A stretch of DNA of 13,381 bases from a virus (taxonomy: Duplodnaviria; Heunggongvirae; Uroviricota; Caudoviricetes). Within the stretch, counting starts at the first letter, position 1. Each line of letters opens with the position of its first letter. The stretch lies in the IMG/VR virus record IMGVR_UViG_3300032167_005013; one strand, 5' to 3'. This document shows positions 1 through 7,003 of the stretch, one piece after another. The notes below the pieces were generated by a model that was not told where the DNA came from, searched no databases, and saw only the letters and a list, made by a program, of their open reading frames with translations. Both the position numbers and the translations under genes were made by a program.

Positions 1-581
1 TTTGTTGCACTTCCTGCAGTTGTCGCAGATGCGGCACTTCCTGCAGTTGTTGCGGATGTTGCACTGTCTGCGGTTTCAGCATGTCCTGCCTCGGTCGCAT
101 ATCCTGCGCTTTCTGCAGTTGTCGCTGATGCCGCACTGTCAGCACTTCCGGCTTCAGTTGCATAAGCAACACTTCCACTTGACGTAACATAATTACTATG
201 GGTATGGTCCATACCTGCAGCGACACCATCTGCTGTTGCAGTTGTAGCCACATCCCCATTGGAAATTTTTACGTGTCCGTAATTGGATGTTGTTGCAACG
301 CCATATGCCGTCGATGTGGACGCATGATTTGTTGGTGCTTTTTTAGAGACCTCTGCGGTAAGAGAAGTACCATCGCTCTGAGAAAAATATTTCTCATCCA
401 GAACAGTATCAGGTGAAAATTTTTCAATTTTACCTGTTGCAGTTGCAGATGTTGCTACTTTGATAGAAAGGAATGGGTCATTGGAATTACAATTTACTGC
501 AATTTCACCATATTCCACAGACGTTGTCTCTGGAGTTTTCCCACTTACAAATGAGTGGGGGTTAATAAGATGCTGTGCCAT
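1..581 (-). CDS. Tail fibre-like protein, 5' part (runs off the left edge)
   Basis: Manual translation from ATG at 581: MAQHLINPHSFVSGKTPETTSVEYGEIAVNCNSNDPFLSIK...KAPTNHASTSTAYGVATTSNYGHVKIS...GMDHTHSNY...YATEAGSADSAASATTAESAG...SATTAGSAASATTAGSAT, with no stop to position 1. The GEIAVN head motif, HAS..YG..YGHVK motif, HxH and every-third-residue Ala repeats are typical of phage fibres. Missing from the ORF track. Confidence 0.75.
   Translation of the reverse strand, partial: MAQHLINPHSFVSGKTPETTSVEYGEIAVNCNSNDPFLSIKVATSATATGKIEKFSPDTVLDEKYFSQSDGTSLTAEVSKKAPTNHASTSTAYGVATTSNYGHVKISNGDVATTATADGVAAGMDHTHSNYVTSSGSVAYATEAGSADSAASATTAESAGYATEAGHAETADSATSATTAGSAASATTAGSAT
7..60. repeat. 27-nt tandem repeat encoding a 9-aa Ala/Ser/Thr unit (xSATTAGSA)
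   Basis: gcacttcctgcagttgtcgcagatgcg (7-33) and gcacttcctgcagttgttgcggatgtt (34-60); more degenerate units continue to about 170. Confidence 0.85.
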
Positions 582-604
582 TTATATAAATGATATTTTT
601 TAAA

Positions 605-618
605 GACTTATATAAGTC
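605..618. promoter_or_regulatory. Perfect 14-bp palindrome (possible operator)
   Basis: gacttatataagtc is its own reverse complement and lies between the CTATTTATA motif (644-636) and the fibre ATG (581). Confidence 0.35.
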
Positions 619-635
619 AAATTATTTTACTATAT

Positions 636-644
636 TATAAATAG
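636..644 (-). promoter_or_regulatory. Putative phage late-promoter motif CTATTTATA
   Basis: Sense-strand motif upstream of the fibre gene; also at 4582 and 10899, and as ATATTTATA at 11511 upstream of terL. Confidence 0.5.
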
Positions 645-645
645 T

Positions 646-675
646 AAAAAGGAGAGGAAAACACTTCCTCTCCTT
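646..675 (-). terminator. Intrinsic terminator after the sigma-like gene
   Basis: Minus strand AAGGAGAGGAA-GTGTT-TTCCTCTCCTT followed by TTT; 11-bp stem about 30 nt past the stop at 707. Confidence 0.8.
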
Positions 676-706
676 CAATAAAAAACAGGTAATTTATGAA
701 CTTGAA

Positions 707-1237
707 TTATCTCAAGGTTTTCATGAGTTCTCTGAACCTTGGATTCTTCTTCGGGAGTTCCTCCCTTATATATTTTCTTATCTTCTTGAACTGATAATGA
801 ATATTATCAATTCCACTTTCCTCTTCAAGTTCGATATAATGTTCCCGTTGTGCTGCATGGCGTAGCCATAAGTTTGAAATCTTTTCACCAAACTCCTCAT
901 ATAATTCATCTCTTACTATTTCGACGAATTCATCTATTTCTGGTTGATACTCATCATCAATAATATCAAAACCTTTCATGCTATCAATATCTTCCATCTG
1001 TTTTTTCCTTTTTAAACGATTTGTTGTGTTTTGTTTAAACGCCACCCAAAAATACGCCTTTATTTTCTTGATGTCAGTGACATCATCTTTATATGTGTTT
1101 GCGCATTGCAATAATGTATCTTGAAATACGTCTTCGTCAAATTCCATTTTTAATTTTATAATGTTCAATTTGAACGATTTCTTGATATCTTCGTATATCA
1201 ATGAAACTTGCCTTAAAAATTCGGGGTTCGGTATCAT
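707..1237 (-). CDS. ECF-type sigma70-like factor (176 aa)
   Basis: EDVFQDTLLQ and KAYFWVAFKQNTTNRLKR resemble ECF region 2 (AEDxxQExFL; KAWLxxIxxNxxxNxLR). The C-terminal HYIELEEESGI...YQFKKIRKYIREEL resembles a degenerate region-4 helix-turn-helix. Confidence 0.6.
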   Translation of the reverse strand: MIPNPEFLRQVSLIYEDIKKSFKLNIIKLKMEFDEDVFQDTLLQCANTYKDDVTDIKKIKAYFWVAFKQNTTNRLKRKKQMEDIDSMKGFDIIDDEYQPEIDEFVEIVRDELYEEFGEKISNLWLRHAAQREHYIELEEESGIDNIHYQFKKIRKYIREELPKKNPRFRELMKTLR

Positions 1238-1259
1238 ATGGCCTTAACCTACTTTATTG

Positions 1260-1601
1260 TTATACAATAAGATTTATAATATCTTCCTTCTTCAATATGA
1301 GCACTTTATTAGGCAGCATCTGCCTTATCATTTCGTTCTTCACGTACTGTTTCAAATCAATAACAAGACCATTGTCGTCAATCTGATTTGCATATTCAAC
1401 AAGAATATCTTGCGGGTTTATATCCCCATTTTCATCTGCGAACATGTTCAGCACATCATCAACCTTATGTATATTTTGTTTCACAAGTACTTTAAGAGTT
1501 GCATTTATCATCTTTTCTGATACTGTGGGATTACTAAAATAAGTATCTATAAGTTGGTTCAAAGAACTATTCAATTTCAATTTAATTTCCTGAATTTTCA
1601 T
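1260..1601 (-). CDS. Hypothetical protein (113 aa)
   Basis: Clean ORF overlapping the upstream gene by 20 nt; same strand and cluster. Confidence 0.8.
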   Translation of the reverse strand: MKIQEIKLKLNSSLNQLIDTYFSNPTVSEKMINATLKVLVKQNIHKVDDVLNMFADENGDINPQDILVEYANQIDDNGLVIDLKQYVKNEMIRQMLPNKVLILKKEDIINLIV

Positions 1602-2112
1602 ACCTTTCTACGTTTTTTGTTTCGGTTTTTATACGTTTATAATCGTCAAATGACATTGAAGAATAATGACTTAAATAATCATTAAGTTCCATTAGATTTC
1701 GTTTGTTTTCTACCGCCTGTTCTTTTTTTGCTGTTGTTATTAGTTTTTTAAGTGAGTCTATCTTGGCAATTGCCTCGGGCTTGGAATTTATTTTCCATTT
1801 CACCCCTCTCATCAATTCCTCCTGTATCATTGTTTGGAGTTGGTTATTTAACTCTGTAAACTCAGCATCCCCCTGAAGTTTCTCTATAACAGCCTCATCA
1901 AGTTCTTTCATCATACCATCAAGTTCCCCAAGATAATCTTTCCCACCTTCACGTTCCCCGGGGTATTTGTTATTCAAAGTCTGTTGCATCTGATGATATT
2001 GAGCAAGAGCACTATCAAATTGTTGTCGTGGGTCATATTCGGGCTGCGGTCTCATTGCTTGTCCTATATTTTGGTATAGCAAAGGGTCCTGACTAAATAC
2101 AAAATTATTCAT
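1582..2112 (-). CDS. Gln-rich coiled-coil hypothetical protein (176 aa)
   Basis: MNNFVFSQDPLLYQ... with a Q/P-rich N-terminus, then amphipathic helical, Q/E/K-rich sequence. Confidence 0.85.
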   Translation of the reverse strand: MNNFVFSQDPLLYQNIGQAMRPQPEYDPRQQFDSALAQYHQMQQTLNNKYPGEREGGKDYLGELDGMMKELDEAVIEKLQGDAEFTELNNQLQTMIQEELMRGVKWKINSKPEAIAKIDSLKKLITTAKKEQAVENKRNLMELNDYLSHYSSMSFDDYKRIKTETKNVERYENSGN

Positions 2113-2141
2113 TTTACACTGTTTTTAATTTGTTATTTGGT

Positions 2142-2171
2142 GGTTAGAGGAATGTCCCCACTCCTCTAACC
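2142..2171. other. Intergenic hairpin (10-bp stem, 10-nt loop)
   Basis: ggttagagga-atgtccccac-tcctctaacc. No U-tract follows on the coding (minus) strand, so it may be a stability or processing element, not a terminator. Confidence 0.55.
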
Positions 2172-2183
2172 TGTGTTTTTGCA

Positions 2184-2696
2184 TTATGCACCTGCTGCTA
2201 CTGTGGTGCAATTGCATGGGCTGTAACTTGCGTAGCCTGTTACTGTAGGTGTTGAAGGAAGAACCACTTCACCTGAAATCATCTTGCAAGTACGTCTTGC
2301 GAGGTTGAAATCTGCAACAAGAGCCACATTGTCAATCTTAGAGTTGATAAGGGCATCCTGATAAGGACGGATTGCAGCCATCATATCTACCTTTCTATCA
2401 ACTTCACTGATTTTAGCACTGAGTTCATCTTTGTTATCCCTCTGACCTTTGTAAAGTGCGAAAGAGTTGTCAACATTGAATTTGTAAAGGCTGAAAAACT
2501 TCTCACTGAGGTCTTTTTGTCCGGCAATCTGAGCCTCATAATACTGTTTTGTCAATTCAATGTAATCAGCCTGCTCTTTTCTTTCATTGTAGAGTTCACC
2601 GTGAGGTACTCCTGAATCTGAAGGACATCCGCCGAAAAATCCATTAAAAAGTCCGTCTTTCATTGCTAAAATTCCGCCAAGTGCTGTGCCTATAAT
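2184..2696 (-). CDS. Exon 2 of intron-split uncharacterised phage protein (spliced product 192 aa)
   Basis: Starts IIGTALGGILAM directly after the intron-terminal G at 2697, in frame with exon 1. Contains a Gly-rich hydrophobic segment, a central helical region and a C-terminal SPCNC. Confidence 0.88.
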   Translation of the reverse strand: MIGTALGGILAMKDGLFNGFFGGCPSDSGVPHGELYNERKEQADYIELTKQYYEAQIAGQKDLSEKFFSLYKFNVDNSFALYKGQRDNKDELSAKISEVDRKVDMMAAIRPYQDALINSKIDNVALVADFNLARRTCKMISGEVVLPSTPTVTGYASYSPCNCTTVAAGA

Positions 2697-3122
2697 CAAA
2701 TATCTTCCATATAAGTCGTTAATTTATATGCGTTCTTTTACGAACTGCTGTATATTTCTATACAGATGAGACTATATCTTCATCTAAGTTACCTTAGAGC
2801 CTCCCATTTCCACTCACTTGAGTGTACCCTACTCCATTACATTTCTGTTGTTTCGGTAGTCGTTGAACCTTCAAAATCGTCATATTCCCATTTATACCCT
2901 AATGCCGTATTATAATGCCTTCCTGATGGTGAAACATATTTTTTATCTCACTATTTCCTTTAGGTTTTCCTAAACTTAAACCTGCTTCTTTGTCGGTTTA
3001 ATTACGTTTGGATTAATTGGACTTGACTTATTTGCTTGGCTGCTGATTGTCTTCATCATTACATGTTAAGAGTTCCCAGCAATTAAGGAGGTTTTATACG
3101 AGCATTATTAGTTAAACAGTTT
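2697..3122 (-). ncRNA. Group I self-splicing intron, 426 nt (IA-like, as in phage introns)
   Basis: Minus strand cores: P AATTGCTGGGAAC (3084-3072), Q AATCAGCAG (3048-3040), R GTTCAACGACTA (2868-2857), S AAGATATAGTC (2780-2770). Pairings: P7 GACUA/UAGUC, P4 UGCUG/CAGCA, P3 CCUCCU/GGGAGG, P8 UCUAAG-GUAA-CUUAGA, P9 CUGUAUA-GAAA-UAUACAG. The 5' exon ends in U, the intron ends in G, and removal restores the reading frame. Confidence 0.93.
2879..2997 (-). pseudogene. Frameshifted NUMOD1-like homing-endonuclease remnant inside the intron (P6 region)
   Basis: TDKEAGLSLGKPKGNSEIK, then a frameshift in an A6 run (2944-2939), then KYVSPSGRHYNTALGYKWEYD. Resembles the NUMOD1 pattern EAARxLG...SxI....KTAGGYxWKY. 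No start codon and no nuclease domain. Confidence 0.65.
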
Positions 3123-3188
3123 ACCCGTAGTCAGGCCTGCGTTTGCCTTTGCGTTAGTCGCCCATTTTTGTTCCATTACTTCTGCCAT
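3123..3188 (-). CDS. Exon 1 of intron-split gene (22 codons)
   Basis: ATG at 3188 gives MAEVMEQKWATNAKANAGLTTG (66 nt), joining IIGTALGG to give NAGLTTGIIGTALGG. Confidence 0.88.
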
Positions 3189-3317
3189 AATACTTTTGTG
3201 TTTTTAATTTGTTATTCGTTGGTTAAGCGCTTTTCCAAAATAAAAATGCACGTAAATCATTTATGGGTAAAAATGTTTTAAAATATCTTAAAACGCTGAA
3301 AATTAGACACTTATGAT

Positions 3318-3352
3318 AAAAAAAATGGCGTAAACCGTCGTAGTTTACGCCA
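3318..3352 (-). terminator. Intrinsic terminator
   Basis: Minus strand TGGCGTAAAC-TACGACG-GTTTACGCCA followed by T8, downstream of the stop at 3395. Confidence 0.85.
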
Positions 3353-3394
3353 AAATAAACAAAATTGAAAAAATAATAGATTTAATCTAAAAAA

Positions 3395-4534
3395 TTAGTT
3401 TTTTATTTTATTGACAACGATAAAAATCGACATGCCTATATTATATAATGTAACTAAAATTAATAGAATTATTTCTTGTGTCGTTGACACTTCTGATTTG
3501 ATATAATCAAAATCAATGAATTCTTTTCTTACCCAATCACCGTTTTCGAGGCATGACCTTAACATTTTGGAATAATCCACCAAATCCAATGAATCGGTTT
3601 CCATGAAATATGATTCAGTCTTTACGTCCAAAACGGGGGCATCACACCATGAAAATGCATTACACCACTTTACTTTAAGGCTATCATCAACACCAATGCA
3701 TACAACGAGTTCGTTTTTATTTCCACCTTTCCAATATGACCGCTGCAATTCCGATATCTCAAGGTCTTTATTTTGGTAAACAAGGACATAATTTCTGAAT
3801 TGATATCTTTGTCCATAGTAACCATTTATATACTTGATAGCATCAATCCCTTCTTTGGAAATTGCAACTTCACTGATAACAGGGGTTTGGTCATACCAAT
3901 CAAGTTCTGGATATCTATATAAACCAAGAGAATCAACATCTTTTTCATCTATCTCAGTGAAATTAAATATCGACCTACTGTTCTGTATTTTATTTTTATA
4001 TCTGTGGCTGGATGTTAAAGTGCAAATTGTTTTTTCTCTCCCGTCCCAATAATAATCCTGAGCATCACCATCAATACGATAATAATCGCGTTTCATGTCA
4101 ACGAATTTCATTGGCGGATTCCCAAGTTGTTTCTTAAACTTATTGAAATCTTCTTTGTAGAAAATTGTACCTTCATGACCATTTGCATCAAAATACGTCC
4201 ACTTCTCAGGATGATAATCTCGGTATGAACAATCATAATATTCGGTTGTATAAATGGTGTTACCTTCCGAATCAGTACCTGACGGAACTTCTCTTGAACA
4301 AGTCCGTTCAACCCATTCATCCCACTCATCATAATGACGTATTTTGGTAACATAGGAACCAAGATATTCTATATCGGTTTGATTTGCGGATACCATTATT
4401 GTCCTTGATAAAAGAAACAACAATAATGAGGGGACGATAAGAATAATATATTCCCACCAAACACACTCTTTCCTAAAGAAAAGAAGAAGAAAAATGGCCG
4501 TAATTAACGGCAATGCATAACAAATTATCTCCAT
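3395..4534 (-). CDS. Membrane protein with a TPM-like extracytoplasmic domain (about 379 aa)
   Basis: Two N-terminal hydrophobic helices and one C-terminal helix flank a large soluble region. YWKGGNKNELVVCIG recalls the TPM-domain W-x-x-G...VL motif of LemA-linked proteins. ATG 4534 preferred to the track's TTG 4543. Confidence 0.55.
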   Translation of the reverse strand: MEIICYALPLITAIFLLLFFRKECVWWEYIILIVPSLLLFLLSRTIMVSANQTDIEYLGSYVTKIRHYDEWDEWVERTCSREVPSGTDSEGNTIYTTEYYDCSYRDYHPEKWTYFDANGHEGTIFYKEDFNKFKKQLGNPPMKFVDMKRDYYRIDGDAQDYYWDGREKTICTLTSSHRYKNKIQNSRSIFNFTEIDEKDVDSLGLYRYPELDWYDQTPVISEVAISKEGIDAIKYINGYYGQRYQFRNYVLVYQNKDLEISELQRSYWKGGNKNELVVCIGVDDSLKVKWCNAFSWCDAPVLDVKTESYFMETDSLDLVDYSKMLRSCLENGDWVRKEFIDFDYIKSEVSTTQEIILLILVTLYNIGMSIFIVVNKIKN

Positions 4535-4551
4535 ATTTTTCAAAATTTATA

Positions 4552-4559
4552 CAAATATA
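4552..4559 (-). promoter_or_regulatory. Bacteroidota sigmaA -7 element TATATTTG
   Basis: Matches TAnnTTTG. The nearest upstream TTTG is only 15 nt away, against the canonical 19-21. Confidence 0.45.
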
Positions 4560-4561
4560 TT

Positions 4562-4576
4562 ACAAAAACCATGCCA
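4562..4576 (-). promoter_or_regulatory. Sigma54-like -24/-12 motif TGGCATGGTTTTTGT
   Basis: TGGCAT-N5-TTGT, 27 nt upstream of ATG 4534; 23 of 24 nt identical to 9278-9301. Confidence 0.6.
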
Positions 4577-4581
4577 AAAGA

Positions 4582-4590
4582 CTATTTATA
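4582..4590 (+). promoter_or_regulatory. Putative late-promoter motif CTATTTATA
   Basis: Ends 23 nt before ATG 4614, the same spacing as 10899-10907 to ATG 10931. Confidence 0.55.
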
Positions 4591-4613
4591 TACAAATAAA
4601 TTGAATTTTTATT

Positions 4614-5090
4614 ATGGCAACAATATCATTAAATGAAAATGAACTCCGTGCTTTGATTAAAGAAAGCGTTGAACAGGCTATGCTTGATGAAGGTTTCTTC
4701 GACAACATGAAAGCAGCATGGCAAGGTGCAAAACAGGGATATAAGGCACAGGACACATTGGATAAGGGAGTGGAAGGTTTCAAACGCCACCATGATTATG
4801 AGGACCTTCAGAAACAAGCAAACCCTTTTGGCCCGGGAATGGAAAATACTGCTCAGGAACAGGCAACAGAAATCTATAGACAATATAAGGAATACGCAAC
4901 AATGGCAAATAGGCTTCTTAGCAAATATAATAAAATGGTGAAGACTTATGGCCTTCAGAAAGTAGGCAAAGGGCAGGTTGTCGAACCAACTGCAAACCCT
5001 AATTTCAAAGGTAAAGGAGTTCCTGTACAAAGAAAATCAGCATATGCTGTAGGTGGAAAACAAAACCCAGGTACTGCAACACTTCGTTAA
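4614..5090 (+). CDS. Small protein with conserved N-terminal leader (putative virion or head-internal protein, 158 aa)
   Basis: LNENELRALIKESVEQAMLDEGFFD aligns closely with the N-terminus of 10931-11353; it has its own promoter motif and terminator. Confidence 0.8.
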   Translation: MATISLNENELRALIKESVEQAMLDEGFFDNMKAAWQGAKQGYKAQDTLDKGVEGFKRHHDYEDLQKQANPFGPGMENTAQEQATEIYRQYKEYATMANRLLSKYNKMVKTYGLQKVGKGQVVEPTANPNFKGKGVPVQRKSAYAVGGKQNPGTATLR

Positions 5091-5109
5091 TCATCAATAA
5101 ATAAAGCAT

Positions 5110-5137
5110 AAAAGACCGTCAATGACGGTCTTTTTTT
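5110..5137. terminator. Bidirectional intrinsic terminator
   Basis: aaaa-gaccgtc-aat-gacggtc-ttttttt between the convergent genes 4614(+) and 5136(-). Confidence 0.9.
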
Positions 5138-5630
5138 ATAGAATGACATAAATAAGAAGAAAAAACTGAATCATAATACAACACAAAAATATAGTGAAAT
5201 CATTACAATCCCTAATTGTTCGATAAACATTTACTTCATCATTGTAAAATTCGCCATCAGTTTTACCTGTTTCCCATTTACTTCTTAATGATTCATAAAT
5301 TTCCCTCAGATAACTACCTTTTCCCAAATATATAGCGTTAATAATCAGATACAGCAATACCAATGAATTTGCTACGAAAATAAATGTTTCTGGAATGTTG
5401 ATAACACCTTTTAAATAAAAAGCCAAACTCCCTATTTCAGCCAAAATCAGCAGAATTGCAATATATTTGCCAAGTAGTATGCCATCCGCAATAAGTTGGG
5501 CATGCAGTAAATTAGATGGGCAATAATATTGACGAGATATCATCAATGAACTACGCTCATAAATGTAATACAATGTTACTACAATACCAATAAATGCACA
5601 AAGCCATAAAAATGTAGTAAAAAATTCCAT
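5136..5630 (-). CDS. Multi-pass membrane protein (164 aa)
   Basis: About four hydrophobic segments (FLWLCAFIGIVVTLYYI; YIAILLILAEIGSLAFYL; FIFVANSLVLLYLIINAIYL; FTIFLCCIMIQFFLLIYVIL). Confidence 0.8.
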   Translation of the reverse strand: MEFFTTFLWLCAFIGIVVTLYYIYERSSLMISRQYYCPSNLLHAQLIADGILLGKYIAILLILAEIGSLAFYLKGVINIPETFIFVANSLVLLYLIINAIYLGKGSYLREIYESLRSKWETGKTDGEFYNDEVNVYRTIRDCNDFTIFLCCIMIQFFLLIYVIL

Positions 5631-5665
5631 GTTTTTCCCTTTTAAAATTAGCCACCTAATCTACC

Positions 5666-5680
5666 ACAAATATCATGCCA
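5666..5680 (-). promoter_or_regulatory. Sigma54-like -24/-12 motif TGGCATGATATTTGT
   Basis: TGGCAT-N5-TTGT in the intergenic gap, 35 nt upstream of ATG 5630. Confidence 0.55.
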
Positions 5681-5694
5681 AACTGTATTAAATG

Positions 5695-6228
5695 TTAAAA
5701 AAGGTTCACATCGTCATCAAGGCCTGTTTCCATTACAACCTTGCTTCGCGTTGAACTGATTACCGTGTATTCAATCACATCCTTGTTGGAGATGAACCAC
5801 TTGCTCGGAACTGTGGTAAGCAGAACATTATGTTCGCGAATTATATCCAACATCTTCTCCTGTACCTTAGCAAATTCAGTTCTCTGAATTTCAATGCTCT
5901 GCATGAGGTCCTTATAAAGACTTGTGTCAAAGTTCGGATTTGCTTCCTGAATCCATTTCATAAGGCTCCCATCTCCCTGTGAATACCTTCCTTCGATAAG
6001 GGCCGGATAAATTTCAGCGAACGCATCCTTATATTCATTAGAAACCTGTGCTTTCTGCTGAAGAACCTTCCACATCTTATCATGAACACCCTCAACCTTT
6101 CCACGCTGAGCCTCTGCCTGTGCGCGAAGACGAGCATCCTGATTGTTGTAACTAAAATACATTCCCAAAGTTGTTACGGCACCAATAAGAATAATCACCG
6201 CAACTGAAATACCAATAATTTTTTTCAT
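5695..6228 (-). CDS. LemA-like membrane-anchored helical protein (177 aa)
   Basis: A single N-terminal TM helix followed by SYNN, then long amphipathic helices, EANPNF and ...EHNVLLTTVPSKWF, which parallels the LemA YNxxIxxFPxxxxA ending. Size and topology fit LemA. Confidence 0.65.
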   Translation of the reverse strand: MKKIIGISVAVIILIGAVTTLGMYFSYNNQDARLRAQAEAQRGKVEGVHDKMWKVLQQKAQVSNEYKDAFAEIYPALIEGRYSQGDGSLMKWIQEANPNFDTSLYKDLMQSIEIQRTEFAKVQEKMLDIIREHNVLLTTVPSKWFISNKDVIEYTVISSTRSKVVMETGLDDDVNLF

Positions 6229-6239
6229 TTTTTTATCTT

Positions 6240-6737
6240 TTAATTTGTAAATAATTCAGGATATTTGCTAATAGCATTAAACATTTCAGACGACATTGAC
6301 TTCATATCGCTATTAATAATCTGTGTTTTTACACTTTCAAAAGCCTCATAAAATTCTGCAGGCTCAATGATTACAATTTCAGTGTGCACATCAATGATTC
6401 TTCTGTCATGTAAAACATAAGTCAAAACGTCCCTATTTGTAAGGAAACTAAAGCCATATATCTCCCCTTTAATCATTAAAGATTTAATTATCCCACCTGA
6501 TACACTTGGGGTTGCATATATATTGGCTTTCTCGGCCCTTATGTAAGCATCTCGTATTGGAAGGTAGATGTAAGTATATCCATCTTCACTCCTATTGGAG
6601 TCAATTACCTCATTTAGGGCTTCCTCCCATTTCTTACAAAACAAAATACGGTCCTGATAAACGTCAGATAAATTTTTTAGAATTTCATTTTCATCTTCTT
6701 CACTTCTCTCGAACCATTTTTTAATATTCTCAAACAT
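6240..6737 (-). CDS. Hypothetical protein (165 aa, MFENIKKW...)
   Basis: The track start at 6815 crosses a hairpin and AT-rich spacer. ATG 6737 has a typical AT-rich leader, and the stop lies 11 nt before the LemA-like start. Confidence 0.75.
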   Translation of the reverse strand: MFENIKKWFERSEEDENEILKNLSDVYQDRILFCKKWEEALNEVIDSNRSEDGYTYIYLPIRDAYIRAEKANIYATPSVSGGIIKSLMIKGEIYGFSFLTNRDVLTYVLHDRRIIDVHTEIVIIEPAEFYEAFESVKTQIINSDMKSMSSEMFNAISKYPELFTN

Positions 6738-6794
6738 ATTTATATGTATTATTTTGTGTAAATGTGTGTATATAAGTAAGTAAAAATGTATGTC

Positions 6795-6821
6795 GAGAGG
6801 GTGGTAGTTTACCACCCTTTC
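6795..6821. terminator. Hairpin directly after the small membrane gene (possible terminator)
   Basis: gag-agggtggta-gtt-taccaccct-ttc; only a weak, delayed U-tract on the minus strand. Confidence 0.5.
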
Positions 6822-7001
6822 TTATTCCTTATCAAATTTAAAATTTCGATACACAAATATCCAAAGGCATAAAAAGCCCAATCCTACCATAAACCATATA
6901 CTTATTTCCGCAAGAAATACAATAAGGATGCCAAATGCCCAACCAATGAGCAAAATCAATATAACCGCTATAAACGATATTCCTAATCTAAACCAATCCA
7001 C
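6822..7001 (-). CDS. Small two-helix membrane protein (59 aa), not in the ORF track
   Basis: GTG 7001 gives MDWFRLGISFIAVILILLIGWAFGILIVFLAEISIWFMVGLGFLCLWIFVYRNFKFDKE, stop TAA at 6824-6822. It starts 2 nt after the upstream stop and fills the gap exactly. Confidence 0.7.
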   Translation of the reverse strand: MDWFRLGISFIAVILILLIGWAFGILIVFLAEISIWFMVGLGFLCLWIFVYRNFKFDKE

Positions 7002-7003
7002 AT

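Noticed and set aside
2697-2699. TTG start of the track ORF 2184..2699
   Set aside because: These are the last three bases of the intron; the G is the terminal omega-G. The real start is ATG 3188 in exon 1.
6738-6815. N-terminal extension of the 6240..6815 track ORF
   Set aside because: It crosses a hairpin and an AT-rich spacer and gives implausible low-complexity sequence; ATG 6737 is the better start.
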